From Octopus vulgaris (taxonomy: Eukaryota), in NCBI GenBank assembly GCA_951406725.2, contig OX597821.1:4030001-4094000 (forward strand): DNA of 64,000 bases, written 5' to 3'. The notes beneath the pieces were generated by a model that did no database searches, was not told where the DNA came from, and saw only the letters and a list, made by a program, of their open reading frames with translations. Made by a program: the position numbers and the translations under genes. Positions 39,237 to 54,475 of this stretch are shown here, one piece after another (the first letter of the stretch is position 1; each line of letters begins with the position of its first letter).

Positions 39237-39930
39237 GCATATATATATATATATATATATATATCAGCATACTTGCATGTGAGCACAAGTCAATGTAGCG
39301 ACCGAAGAATTTAAGCTGCGTACAAATGTGATTTTGCCGCCAGAAACAGAGCACTGTTCTGAAATATACTGTTATATATGGCCGTCTCAGTGTCTCCGAA
39401 ATTGGAAGACATCTAGGAGGTGGCGGTTTTTTTAAAAATATAATTATAGCAATTGTAGCGCCATTTAGGAAAGTTTAATTTAGAATAAATTTATCATAAA
39501 TATTAAAGGACTGGCATTTATATTAGGTTCCTAAATCTCTTGTTGACCATTATGCAGATATCAGCGTGTTTGTATGAGTTATGCTAGTGTCCACACATCT
39601 TCATATGCAGCTGAAACATAAACACGCACAGATATATATGTGTGTGTGTTTGTGTGTGTGCGTGTGTGTGTGTTTATATATATATATGTATGTATATATG
39701 AATGTATATATATAAACATTTACATATACACATTTATAAATACACATATACACATATATACATATACATAAAGATATACGTGTACAAAATCATTTGAATT
39801 TATATATAAATGTGTATATATACATACATACACACATATATTTGTATATGCTTATATTTGTTTGTATCTGTATATGTATACAGATGTATATATACATGTG
39901 TGTGTGTATATATATATATACATACATATG

Positions 39931-39994
<64 letters not shown>

Positions 39995-40639
39995 TGTATG
40001 TATGTATGTATGCGTGTGTGTGTGTGTATTGTAAGAAATGCATATATGTGTTTGTAAATGTGTACGTTTGTGTCTGTCCTCAAACGTGTATTTCGTTGCG
40101 TTTCTATATGTCTCTCTCTCTCTTTCTCCCCTCCTCTCTCTCCATATGAATGTGTGTACACGAGCGTGTTTGAGTCTGTGTGTTTTGTTGGCTGTTTCCA
40201 GTGTTTACATATGTATACTTGATTAAGTATTTCCACTAAGTAAATGTAGTCCTAAGTGCATAGCCAGAAACAATGACACTGATTATAGTGCCAACTTGTG
40301 AAAGTTCCAAACAGCCAGTTGGCTTTCTTCCAGCACAGCATCAGCATCAGCAGGATCTCATCAACATCACAAGCATAAGCAGAACACTAGTAACAATGCA
40401 CACAGCAAGAACAATAACCATAATAATACCGTGAAAACAACAAATACAACAACAGGATATTCAACAAAGGCACTCGTAGTAACTGTAACAACATTAAGAC
40501 AACCGAGAAAGAAAAAAATATTAAAACCACAGAACAAGAAAAAAAATCTCAAACAAAAATGCTGGAACACAGCAGACTGTATAAATAATAATTCTTACTT
40601 TTGCTTCCGTATGTGATTGTCTGTGTGTCTGTGTGTGTG

Positions 40640-40850
<211 letters not shown>

Positions 40851-40925
40851 TTGAAATTTTTATCCTATATATTATATAGGTATTATATGTATAGGTAGAT
40901 ATATAGATATAGTTGTACATATACA

Positions 40926-40957
<32 letters not shown>

Positions 40958-41763
40958 TGTTTGTGCGTGTGTGTGTACACGCTCTGCTAATGCTTACTAT
41001 TTTAGGTATGGTTTGTTTACTCAATGACTGTCTCTTCAAAGATGATGATATTTACGACGGCGACGACGACGTCGATAATGATTGTGGTTGAGGAGGACGG
41101 GGATGAGGATGAGGAGGTAATAGGAGGGCGAGAAGAACGATCAGGGAGTGGACGAGGTGGAAGTAGAAGACGGGGAGTAGAAGGGGGAGGGGGAAGATGC
41201 GTAGCACGACGACGAGGACAAGGACATATTGATGATGATGATGATGATGATGATTACAAAGACTATGACGATATTGGTTATCATGATGATAGCCGTGGCG
41301 GTAATGATGATGATGATGATGATTACGATGATGTTGACATTGACGTTGGTAAAATATGAGGACGTTGACGACTGCCCTGAGATGATCACTGTGATGTTTA
41401 TGACGATGCTTTTTTTTTCATCTTTCGTTTTGGCCAGGGAGCACTTTAATGGCGTTGGTGATGCTGGTGTGGTGGCAACTACGAGGATAATGATGGTGAT
41501 ATCACTGAAGTTTATAATTTTTGGGTAAGTAGGCAAAAGAAAGAAAGAAAAAAATAACAGATCGATAATAAAAATACCACGTTTCCTATTGTTGTTTTCA
41601 CTGACCATAATGATAATCTTCCCAGTGTTGCCTTTGTAGCTGTTTCTGGTATTGGTGTTGCTGTAACTATTAATGTTTATGATGCCAAATAAGATAATGA
41701 GGGACGATTTAAACACTAGAGATATTTCTTTTAGCCACACAGCTGCGCAAATCATTGGCAGAA

Positions 41764-41968
<205 letters not shown>

Positions 41969-41970
<2 letters not shown>

Positions 41971-42334
41971 ATCCCCGCTTTACCGAAGGCGGAAGTATTG
42001 TTTTCAGTCATGTTTGTTTGCTTGTCCTTCGACAAGATATCTCGAGAACTGCCACATGGATTCAGATGAAACATTCAGGGATGTTTGGTCTTGTGACCGG
42101 CACGAACCGATTAGATTTAGGTATCGATCTGGTACCGTAAAATGTTTCTGGATTATTTTCTTGTTGTTTTACTTAAGTTTTGAGAGCGGTCGTGTTCATT
42201 TCTAGTATTCTTGTTTATAAAAGCAGTCGAGATTATTTCAGATATTCTCATTATAAAAATCATCTCTGGCTGATTGTTGAGAGAACTTTGGTGTTACCTT
42301 GGCGGAGGTTTGCGCTCTCTGGGTGCTCTTGTTA
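41969..42334 (+). mobile_element. Helentron-like (HINE-type) non-autonomous element, short form
   Basis: 5' hairpin CCGC-TTTACCGAAG-GCGG, subterminal GGCGGAGGT near the 3' end, 3' stem-loop GCGCTCTCTGGGTGC; homologous to 2911-3905. Confidence 0.65.
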
Positions 42335-44309
42335 TTGATTTTATCATTATAAATAAGGCAGGATCGTTAGCACACCGGGCAAAATACTTAGCGGTATGTT
42401 GTCCATCACTGCGCTCTGAGTTCAAATTCAGCCTAGGTCGACTCTGTCATTCATTCTTTCGGGGTTGATAAATTCTTGCTGAGTGTCTTCCTGATGACTA
42501 GGGTAGAGAACATCACTGTATACATTGATAGGTCATTCAAAAAAAGACACCAGATTGTTGATTTTCAAAGTCAGGTAATAGAGAAAAAATAGAGAAAGAA
42601 GAAAAGGGAAAAAGAGGTGAAAGGAAATAAAATTCACAGCAACAATGCTCTTCTCAATACAAGTGACGTAGCAGTTAAGGAAATATTTTATGTTATTTGT
42701 AGCATACATTACAGTTTGTAGTATATATTCAAGTAATGTCTTAAAATACAGAAAAATGTAGGCTCCCCAGTAGCTTACATTACAATATATTACACATTTA
42801 GAATTGTCTCATCTGTATGTTATATAAGCATGGTTGCGTGGTTATCAAGTTTAACTTTTGTGAGTAATGATGTGTGCTTCATTCTGCTGTGTTGCATCTT
42901 GAGCGAGTATCTCCAAACTAGACTCGGGTCGACATGTTTTTTCTATGTGGTTAAGTAAATCCTTTCACGATCTCATAATGTTGAATTCAGTTCCGCTGCA
43001 TTGTGCACTGGGCAAGTGACTTTAGCAGGTGCCCCAGATTAGTCAAGGCTTTCTGAGTTCTATCAGTATACATGAACCATTCAGAAGATCTTGTTGGACA
43101 TAAAATAAATATATTATGAAAGGAAATGGCAAAATTCTTATAAGATTAAGTTACATATGACTAGCTCTATGCGTTTATTTTTCTAGCATTTTCTATCTCA
43201 GCTATGAAAAGACAGATCTGGCAAGTACTAATAAATGATATTATACGCTGAGAAGTTGTAATAAGACAGAAACTAGTATGAGTTAAGTCACCTTTTTCCA
43301 CTTATCAGGGGAAATCCTCACTTCATTCCCACAATCAAAATTTAATTAGTTTTAAATCATTTGAGTTTCAGTGATATCTCTCCAGACGTTCTTGTCGAGA
43401 ATTAATCATTGAGCTAGTTAATATTTTCTACTGGCTATATATTTAATTTCCTTAATTGAATTGCACGGATAACTAAATTATGCTAGTAAAGGCATAACCA
43501 CTTGTTATTCATACAGATAATATTCATGAGGAAATTTCCCTTGTCATTTTTGCAGCTTAAACATTTTATATCTCTGAATCTTTCTGTGGATAAAAAATAG
43601 GGGTTAATTAAAATGCTAATCATTTATCATGTTGGTTAAAAATTAAATCGAGACTAAGAGACGTAGTCAAAAGTTATTTCATTTTGATGTTCCCATTACA
43701 ACCCTAATTTTGTTTGTGTTTTTTGTTGAGTCTCATAGTGGCCTCAATGTCGATGGTATATTACTTATCGTCACCACATCCGAAAAGCGAGACATAATGG
43801 CGCTTGTGATCTTCTGCGTATTTCTTGAATGAGTGTGTTTGTTTTATGTTTTTCTGCTTTACCTATGCCAGTGTTTCTGCATAGGTTAATTAATATTATA
43901 TCATAAAATCCACGAGAAAGTGAGAAACATGGCGGCCTTAGTCATCACGGAATGGCCACATTGAAATATCAAGTAATTAAAATTAATTGTAATAATTAAT
44001 TAAAGATAAAAATATATATAGCAAATAAAATTCTATATAAAATTCATAAAACCTTTCAAAAAAGTATGTATGTACTATCATGTAAAGATATTCAGTTACC
44101 GGCACATAAGGACACACATATATGTATATGTGTTTTTGTGTGTATGCATACAGCCATACGAATATGCATCCATATATTTATACATACATATGCACTGGTG
44201 GATGTGTATATACATATGGAAGTGTACATACACACACGTGCACACACACATATAGATACATATACATAAATATATATGTACATACACAAAGATATTTATA
44301 TATATATGC

Positions 44310-44343
<34 letters not shown>

Positions 44344-44350
44344 ACATATA

Positions 44351-44724
44351 ACTGGTAATGCTTCGGCTCGCTCTGACACTGAGTTGAGATAATGCCTTCT
44401 AGTATCTCAAAATTTAATATACAATTATTCATAATTGTAGTATCCTACGCCGATGAGAAAAGAAGTTTGGGTAAGGTAGAATTTTCTAATTCTTATGCTT
44501 TCCTAAAACTTGATTTCGAAAAGTACGTCCGTAGGTAACTTAAAATTGTATGATAGATTGCCGTCATTTCATTCTTTCTTACCTGTCTGTGTTTGCCTTT
44601 CAAGTGCTGTGTTTTTACTGAGATCTCTCTTTTAGTAGAAGGAATAGCTATATCTCTTTGACTGCTATTTCTAAATTCGGTGTGTGGCGAGGCAATTCGT
44701 TGCTAAACCCTTAATTGCTTACTT
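44351..44724 (+). mobile_element. ~370-bp non-coding element inserted in (TA)n, carrying a hammerhead motif (retrozyme-like or solo Penelope terminus)
   Basis: Unique sequence bounded on both sides by TA tracts; HHR at 44444-44535. Confidence 0.65.
44444..44535 (+). ncRNA. Type I hammerhead ribozyme motif with 61-nt stem II (two core-proximal substitutions)
   Basis: CCTACG-CCGATGA-[GAAA..AAGTTT..AGAATT-TTCT-AATTCT..AAACTT..TTTC]-GAAA-AGTACG-TC-CGTAGG; perfect 6-bp stem I, GUC site at 44527-44529. Confidence 0.75.
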
Positions 44725-44795
44725 ATATATACATATATATATATATGTATTTATATATATATATACACATATACATACACACACACACATACACA

Positions 44796-44875
<80 letters not shown>

Positions 44876-45134
44876 CATAAACATATTTAAATACATGATA
44901 AATGGGGGAATAATCAGTGAGTAGTGGATTGTTGGTGTTACGAAGTAATTATTTAATAAAATATTGACTTTATAACATAAACTATTGTTTATTGTGCTCA
45001 GACTGGAGGTCAATCAGCGTTATAGTTGTTACATATTACGGAATTTTGACTAGATGTATTCTCTCGACCGGCAACGCTGTGTGGAGGCAAATCTCTAAGT
45101 TTGACAAACCGCTCTAACACATATATACATCTTT

Positions 45135-45451
45135 ATATTTTATTTGTTTCAGTCTTTCGTCCACGGTTATATTGGGGAACCGCCTGGATGGGTTCAATCA
45201 AACATATTGAGCGTAATACTAAGTGTAATACTTATTATATTGGACTCTCTCTTAATAACTTGATTGCATCATCTGTGGTTGTCAAGGGACAGTGCATGAC
45301 AGTCACTAACAATCACTGACACATATATGTATATATAAGGGCTAAGATTTGTGTCGTATAGCCGGCTGGAGACGATGTCTTCTGGGGATAAACAACAGTA
45401 GCATTCGCTCCAAAATGGGACTGCCATATTAGGTTGGCAAAAAGTCATTAC

Positions 45452-45536
<85 letters not shown>

Positions 45537-45810
45537 GTGTTTGCGCATGTGTGTGTGTTTGTGTGTGTGTGTGTGTATGTGAGTGTGTGTGCTTGCGTAT
45601 GTGTGCATGTTTACGCATGTATGTATTTGTGTATGTATATACGAGAGGTTTGTTTTCTGTTTCCGACAACCAAATCCACTGAAAGTGCTTTTGAAGGCCT
45701 GACGACGACTTAGTAGAAGACACTTGAACAATGTGCCAAGCTGTGGAACGGAACCCGGAACTATATGGGTTTGAAGCATATTTGTTATAACACAGCCACA
45801 ACTATGCCTA
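45135..45810 (-). mobile_element. Degenerate, interrupted family B SINE
   Basis: accaaatccactgaaagtgc...agtagaagacacttg...gaacccggaactatatggg...acacagccac. Confidence 0.65.
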
Positions 45811-47173
45811 TATATAAGTGTGTCGCATAAGGGAAAAGAAGAATGAAGAAAACACATTCTCACTGGTTGACATGGTGGTTATATCGAAAATACGTATACG
45901 ATACTCTATATGAATGACTATCCATCATTCTTTTAGTTGCTACAGGTGCTGGATTGTGGCAATAAAGTGGCAGCGATTTAAAGGTCCCAGAAACGAAATT
46001 TACCACATGGCATATTTTTTTTGTTCTGAACTTAATCTTTCGAAGCTTTTTCTTCGAAACATTGAGATACGAAAAGTACTTGGTTATGCACCTCACCTTC
46101 ACCATAAATATGTTATACTTCTTGCTTAAGTATAACTATGTGTACAAGTAAATGTGTACAAGTAACCCCAACATTAGAGGTATATCTTCCTTGGAAACAG
46201 AACTTTCAATAACTGAAGAAACTCTGTGGAAATTAAGTCGAAAAAAAACATGGATCTCAATCGAACTTTTTAACTATCCATTTACTTCGCTTCCGATAGA
46301 ATAATATACATTTGACAATTTGGAAAGTGATGAATATGGAATCAGTATTGCTTGAAGATATTGTTATGTAAGATCTTTATGACGATAATAATCATTAAAA
46401 CAAATATTATGAAGCAGGAGTTGCGTTACTCTTCGTAAATATATTCACGAAATTTGATGCAAAGATATTAAAAAATACGGAAGGAAGCCATTGCCACACG
46501 TTTTGGTAAATAGCAATGTTTGCAAACGTAAATGGAAATATCAAATGACTGAAGCATTAAGACTATATAAGATTATATTTCCAAACACTCATAAACATCA
46601 TAGTTATTATCGATATCAAATATACGTATATACGTGTATGTGGCTGTATATCTTCCTGTATGTGTGGATAAACGCACACATATACAAGAAAAAAACTTGA
46701 AATCTATGTACTCTCGGTTCTCACCCGAAATTAGCATCTGAATCTCCAATTGCATATTTCTGATATTTTATCTAATTGATAATCAGCACAATGTCTCAAA
46801 TGATTGTCTGTAACTAACGTTTTATGGACTAAAAGGAGACTTTAACGACCATAGTAATTGAAATTCGTAAACTCAATGAAATAACAGTATGCATAACATC
46901 ACTTAAAGCTCTATGACGTCAGAACCAGCATTCTACAGTTTCCTGTTCCATGTTATTTTGGAGGGTACTTATAAAATGTAGTGACGTAACACTTTGGGAT
47001 GTATGTACATTATTTAACGAAAGCATGGCAGATCAAATACACACTTCGTATAAGAGTGGTTCAACTGGGAGAAAGGTAGCGGCAGAAACTAAAATAGAGC
47101 GGAAAAAATGAGAGCCGAGTATGATTAAGCCTCTACATCACGGACGTCCCTATAACACTGAAACTGGATGAAG

Positions 47174-47499
47174 ACTCCTTCGATCATGAATGACTGTAGG
47201 ATTGTTCCTTGAAAGTTATGCTCCGAGGCACAAGTCCGGGCAGGTTTGTTTATGGAAGACCGGCAGTTGCCAATGCATACCAGCCTCCTCTCTCCATGCC
47301 ACTGATGTTATCCAAGAGAAAGGCAAAGTCCGATACAGCTTGGTACCAGTGGTGTCGCAAGTCATTTCTAGAGGTGTGGAAACTAGAGCACCCTGAAATA
47401 AAGTGTCTTGCTCATGAACACAACACACAGCCCGGTCTGGGAATCGAACTCACTAACTCACAGTTGTCAGCCCGACGCTCTAACCACTGCGCTAGGCGC
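47174..47499 (-). mobile_element. tRNA-derived SINE (head type 2, tail Z)
   Basis: RC head GCGCCTAGCGCAGTGGTTAGAGCG...GAGTTCGATTCCC and central GAGCAAGACACTTTATTTCA shared with 31831; different tail. Confidence 0.85.
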
Positions 47500-48589
47500 T
47501 ACCTCAGTTACCACTAACACTACACACACAAACACACACACTCACAAATACAAATACAAACACACACACTCACAAACGCAAACACATATTTCTAATGAGA
47601 GAGGGCAAGAGCTAAGTTGCGTTAGTGAATACTTGCATGCCTGGCTTAGACGCTTCAGATTTTCCTTCCCAGCTCGAGCCAGCGGGGCTTGACCGAGGGG
47701 ACGGTAAAACGCCTCACTGTGACAGATTTCCAAATCCGTGGCGGTAGGCCTGTCACCGAGATGCCTCATGGTGTAACACCTTCTCCGGCAGCAACTTGAT
47801 ATGTTCAGCTACCATCCCAGTCTTATCTACTAAGCAGGTTGAGAAAAGCAGACTGTCAAAGTAGCAGTCACTCACTCACAGGTTTATGCTCGAGTCTGTG
47901 ACAGCGGAAATATCCAGGGACCTCAAATCACCGGAACATATCACTGATCACCGAGATTCACAGTGGTTGTTCCAGGGCCTCTCTCTCTCTCTCTCTCCAT
48001 CCTCGGGGCAATGCCATTTCCATTTTGTCTATTGAAGCCATGAGGCAATCTGAATTACAGTAAATAAAGAAAATGCATGAATTTTGCTACACAAAAATAT
48101 ACATATAGTAATCAACCTTTTCTTTTAAACTACTGGCTTCTTAAGTATTAAGTATCGAAATAAAAAAAAACATTAAAGAATTAATATTTTAAAACTCGAA
48201 TTAGAAAACAGTAGATATTGTATCCAGCAGCTGTATGTTTCTGACGATGTCTGATATAAATTGAACACCAATGTATTTATATTCCATCTTAAAGATACAA
48301 ACAGCAATACATAATACCAAAGATTCCATCTTCTTCATCTCGGTTGAGGACACATTACTGCTTGAGCTTCAATTGACCACAAGTATTTAACATCCTGCCA
48401 AGCTTTTATATGTCTGTATTGGATGTACAATATAACGAAGCCACGCGGAAGAAAGTATATACACGACGTACAACTATTACTATTACACGAGACTCAACGC
48501 TCTGTATCAAAAGCTCATATTGAACCGCTACCAACAGGACCTCCAATCGCTGAGAGTTCTTTGTTTTATAATAATGAGCCAGCCGTCTT

Positions 48590-48770
48590 TAGTCACTACG
48601 GATGGGGGTGCCAATCCTTTCACAACAAAACAACCTCAAAGAATTGCGTGGTATAAATGTGGAAACTTTCAAAAAGTAGCTGGACACATTCCTACCTGAA
48701 GTCCCAGATGAACTCGCGTCGTGGTAGTAGACACAAAAAGGAACAGTTCCATCCAGCTCTCTTCTCCAAA
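48590..48770 (+). mobile_element. Old CR1/L2-group LINE 3' end relic
   Basis: ELRGINVETFKK*LDTFLPEVPDE resembles the FKxxLDxFLxxVPDEP C-terminus. Confidence 0.6.
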
Positions 48771-49910
48771 AACATTACAGAAAAGAGACTTGAAAACACT
48801 AAAAAACGTTGCTCCAGTATAGCCTCAGCCTATTGCTGAAGCCAGTAAAATATAGAAGGTATAAGATATATATGTATGTGTATGCATGTATGCACACAAA
48901 TATATATGTAAATGTATTTAGATAGATAGAGGGAGTGGCAGAGTAGTAGATAGATAGATACATGTGGGATAGATGTATGGATGCATGGATGAATGAAAGA
49001 ATCAACACAGAAATACACAGCATAGTGAAGACTATCAAGAAAAATATTCATAAATATCTAGAACTGAAAAATCTAAAACAAATACCAAATATAGAAGAAT
49101 AAGCAATCAAATGAAAAAGATTTTTAGAAAAATAAATAAATCAATAGGAAGGACACAGAACACAAAATAACATTGAGTAATCGATAAAGATAAACCAGGA
49201 ATATTACCAACAACTACAGCAATGAAATAAAAAGAAATTGGAAATAAAATATTGAGTTAAACGGATTTTTTTGAAAAAAATATAGAGATATAACTTACAG
49301 AAGAAGGATGAAAACAAATAGAATAAATATTGGTAAAAGCAAATGCTACGTGTACGGGAAGGACAATAATACAATAAAATAAAGAAATATATTTTAAAGA
49401 GGAAATAAATTTGGGCAAAAAGAAAATTTAGCATAAAAATGTAGAATGGAATTTGTGATAGGCTGAGAGCTAAACGTAAACGGAATTAAGAAGAGCGAAA
49501 AAAAATCTGTAATATTGTAGTAAACCATTCAGTGAAGAAATACGATAGTCCACGCTTGACAAAGGGTCAATGGGAAAACATGCCTCAAGATGGAATGATA
49601 ATTTATCGCCATTTAAATGTAATTAAAATGATTTAGCAAGGATAATTGATGGCTTCAATTCTTGGACCCCCTACAAACATTTAACTGAGATTATCTTTAA
49701 GGAGTTGCTGAAGAACATGTGGGAGTGAGGAAGAGAACATTCAGTGGGAGCGAGTGATATTAGAGATGAGAAGCAGTGAGGTAGGGATGCATGTGGAAGC
49801 AAGTATTTGTTTTCTTGTACACACATGACTATGTATGTGTGTATGTACGTATGGATGGATGGATGGATGTGTGTGTGAGCGTGCGTATTTATGTACAAAT
49901 GCCTTTTCCT

Positions 49911-49999
<89 letters not shown>

Positions 50000-52385
50000 C
50001 AAAACTTTGTCGTTCTGAGGGAGAGACACAGAAAGAGAAAGAGATCAGAGATTATGCAATAAAGTCTAGAGAGGCAATGAAAGAAAAAGAGTATGAACGA
50101 TAGATAGCAATAATATGAAAGTACTTGAAGTAAAAATGAATGAGTGTGTATTGATTAATAAATTGTGAAAACTGGACCTAATGAAATGAGATATATTCTG
50201 AAGAGGGGGCAGAGAGAGGGAAGTGAGATAGGAATAGAAAAAATATGAGGTAATGAGAGGAAAAGCGAATGAGAAATATCCAATACACTGTTGGAGAGAG
50301 TTACAAAAAATACAGAAAAGATGAAATAAGAACAGTGTGAAAAATGCTTTAAAGCACATACAGGGAGAGAATAAAAAGGAAAGAGATGGGGGCATTGCAG
50401 AAAGACCATAATTAAGATATAGGAAATAGGAATAAAATTAAAATTACCTTGGAGAATATAATACATCTCGAGTAACAGATGTTTTTATTCCCGAGATTTT
50501 TATGCGACTTATTTTATACATTTCAACATTAATGTATACCACAAAATCTTGCTGTTCGTGTACACCGAACATATCCATTTTGTGTGTTAATGCAGTTTTA
50601 ATATATTTAAATATATTCTCGTATATTTTATTGTTATGCTGGTGGAGGCATATTTAATAATAATGAAAAAGCAAAAAAAGTTGAAATTTATTAAAGAAAA
50701 CCATATATTTAAATGTGTTTCACTGAGGGTGTCCATTCAGACAGTTTACATTGACATGGTAAGGTTTTAACTAACCCATGTTGTGCAGTAAATTTATTCT
50801 ACCACGCAGTCAGGTCCAAGCTGAACAATATTTATAGACAAAATTCGTAACTATGCATTCTGTTTACTTATTTCTGGAAGCAGATGGAAATATGAGTTTT
50901 CCTATTATTAATATACTATTATTGTATTATATAAATGGCGTCATTTTACTTTCTATAACTGCTTTATTTTGATAGAATGTTTAAATCGTTCAGAATATTT
51001 TCTCTTTGTGGGAAAACGGATTTCAAGTATATGCGCATAGTTCAACATAAAGCAGAATTTGAGATTTTGAAACCAATTAAAGTGTCTTTTATCCCATGAA
51101 TTAGGAAAATGATAGTTTTATTCTTCTGAAATCTGTACTCATATCCGAACGAAAATGTATGTATAATAATAGAAGCAGATAGGGAAATATTTTTGGGAGA
51201 CAAGGCTATAATTAAGAGGGTAAATCATAGCACGTTTAGTGACAATTTGTACTAAATTTGGATAATCTAGTGAACGTGCATTTGTTTCCTAGAAGTAACC
51301 AAGTTGATCATATAACTTTATTGTCACATTTTTTGTCGAATGTGGATACACATCTCATAGATTAAGTTCTTTAGTAAGAAAAAGAAGATAAGGCATTTAA
51401 CTTTGTTTCCTCATGCACATCGAGAAATATTTAGCGACTGCGTTAGCTCAAATGTAAGGGCATATTTTATCCATCAGTTGAAGAAACACTAATCGTGAGT
51501 TGACGGATAATAAATGGGGCAAAATTGGTATGCCAGGCACTTATCCAAATAATGGTGACAGAATAATACTCGAATCGAGAAAATATGAAGTTAGCAGTCA
51601 AAGGCACTGGCAAGGATTTGACACTTGTATTCTTGTCAGCTTTGTAGAAGTGAGTGCCCAGCGACAAGTTGGATTTCAATAGGTGGGGTTTCAACATATT
51701 TACAGATCCTAATGTCCACTGAAGTAATCTGAATTGAGCATAGCGCTGCCACTTCGAAAATGCATTATAAAAGATGGTATTTATATTTGAGGCGAAGAAA
51801 AGTAACTGCAATATATTTGGTGTGCAAAACAATTTGAGAGCAGGAGAAGCAAATTTGAAAGAGTACAACAGCGCACCCATCGATATTAAGGCATAGAAAA
51901 CATTTTCTTTAAAGCATTAAGGATGTGAGAGTCAGAAACACTGGGGACAATTGCATATCGTCAGTACCACCCTCTATGTACACTACTGGTCGTCCCAAAT
52001 ATTTAGAGTTAGCAGATTTTTCAGGCGATTTGTCCTCAGTTGCAGATTCCAGCTGAACCACTCTCTCGCATAACAAATTTGATGTTGGAAAAGGCAATCA
52101 ACTTGGACCTTCATACCAATTATTAAGCAAACTTTCACCCTACATTAATCAACATTACAATGCCATGGAAATATTACACTCACAAAAATGAAAAAGAAAT
52201 GAGCGAAATCAAGTACATGAAAACAGAGGCTATTTCATCACGACGATGAAGTCGGCAGATAGAGAAATCAGTGAGACACTTACTGTCATTCTAAAGAGTA
52301 ACCACTGAGTCATAATTACAATAAGAAAGATATGGTGCCACGAGTAGTTAGATTTGATTTTAGCAGGATTAGAACGCAAGACATT

Positions 52386-52601
52386 AAGGCGTCTAGCTGG
52401 CAGAAACGCTTAGCTGTATTTCGTCTGCTGCTACGTTCTGAGTTCAAATTCCGCCGAGGTCGACTTTGCCCTTCATCTTTTCGGGGTCGATTAAATAAGT
52501 ACCAGTTATGCACTGGGGTCGATATAATCGACTTAAACTGTTTGTCTGTCCTTGTTTGTCCCCTCTGTGTGTAGCCCCTTGTGGGCAGTAAAGAAATAAG
52601 G
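52386..52601 (+). mobile_element. Family A SINE
   Basis: agctggcagaaacg...GAGTTCAAATTCCGCCGAGGTCGACTTTGCC...gtaaagaaataag. Confidence 0.9.
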
Positions 52602-54263
52602 TCTGTAGCGCAAAGATCTCAGCCTGATGTTTTAGTATTTTCCATAAAATACCGCATCAGAATGAATGTTAAAACTTTTCATTGGTTGCTATATATTTTG
52701 CTTGTTTCTTCGTTTTTTTTTTGTTGTTTTTTTTTCAGAACACGCCTGTGTTGTTCCCAACGCGCAATGGTAAATGTGTACGTTAGCAACATAGTTTTGA
52801 TGTTGTCCAGCAGTCTTAAACTTAAAATAAAGATTCTTAAAAGTTCAAACGATATCAGTGTATGTTTTTTGAAATGTTTCCACCACGATTAACATATCTA
52901 CCAGCGAAGATGTTTTAGATCTTTTGGAGGAATGTAAACATTCATATTCACACACGTGCTGTCGCGCACACAAATACATATACGAGCACACACACATATA
53001 TATAACATTGTGTGGGTCTGTATGTATGTGCATACTTATAGACACACACACACACACTTGTCTGTATATATATGTGTGTTTGTGTGTGTATATATATATA
53101 TATATGTATGTATATATATATATATATATGTATGTATATATATATATATATTTATATATATGTTTATATATATATATATATGTATATAGGGAGAGAGAGG
53201 AACATGTATATGTCCGTATGTCTGTGGCTTTATATGTGTATGTATGTGCGGTAGTATCAGTGTAAGTATGTATGTAATGTGCCTTTCTATGTATAAATGT
53301 GTAAATGTTTCTGAGTATCAAGGCAAACATCACGTGGTCACAGATACATGATCACATAGACTTATATAGCGAACAAGACAGAGATAGACATCCAGATAGA
53401 CAATGGCGGCAACAGCGGCTCTAACTAATGCGCATTACAATGGAGTGAAAAAGTCCTGAAGACTGTATTTATTGAAAATGTGGTCATTAGCGACACATGC
53501 CGTATTTGTCTTGAAGTATCTATATACCGATCGGTTTCCACGTTGTGGATTCTCTTGTTCTGTCGACTGCGTCACCTGTTCGTTGTGTTCTCGTGATATA
53601 TGGTTGAGTATTTCAGAGGCAGATGCACTTCAAACATGGGTTTCCCTTCGAATCAGCTTTACGAATTATGTGAGATACCGTTACAAGCAATGTGTGTGAT
53701 GACAAGCTTTTTATCGAAAATGTTCTCAACTAAAGTTTAGATAAAGTACGAATATTATGAATTCCTAAATACCATGTGAATACAGCTACATTGGTACGAA
53801 ACACAGGAGCTGTTCACATATTAAACCTATGAAAATATCATTTGAAATTTAATCTTCCACTGTCCATCTCCTAAGATTTGTGTCCTGTTTTTAAAGAGCT
53901 ACTGTAAAGTGTTAAATCTAGTTTGAAGTGTCACATTAGTTAGACGTTCAGACATATCAATATGAAAGAGGTGCACAGGGCAGAATCAATGAGACATTGT
54001 TGAGCAAAGCTGTATCTATCGAATTATGAGTACTATCAACCCGACTGACTTAGATGTCCCTAGCATCTAACGATTTTCAACCGAAAGTCATGATATCAAC
54101 TCACGCTTTGGAAACGGACTTCTGTGATGTGGGGTTATGACCCAGAGGTCTTAATTGCAAAGCGAGCCTATCAACAATTCCGGTGTACCGCACGTTTATA
54201 CACATACATACACACGCATGCACGCACGCAGACGGACACACTTACGTATATACTTACATACAA

Positions 54264-54309
<46 letters not shown>

Positions 54310-54314
54310 CCTCT

Positions 54315-54475
54315 CAACTTTAAGCACAAATCCTGAAATTGGGGGAAATGAGGAAATCAACATCAGTGCTCAAAATCGGTTAAAGGCAGAGTCGACTTAG
54401 GCGGAATTTGAACTCAGGACGTACACACTTACGAAATACTGCAAAACATTTTGTCCGGTGTGCCAACAATTCTGA
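54315..54475 (-). mobile_element. Degenerate family A SINE (a second one at about 55005-55165)
   Basis: aaggcagagtcgacttaggcggaatttgaactcag. Confidence 0.65.

Noticed and set aside
47600-48000. GC-richer segment, possibly an L1/Tx1 relic or an exon
   Set aside because: No motif I could identify; needs BLASTX
51440-52170. 137-aa and 62-aa minus-strand ORFs, faint LINE-like FSRFEYYSV
   Set aside because: Similarity too weak for a gene or element call
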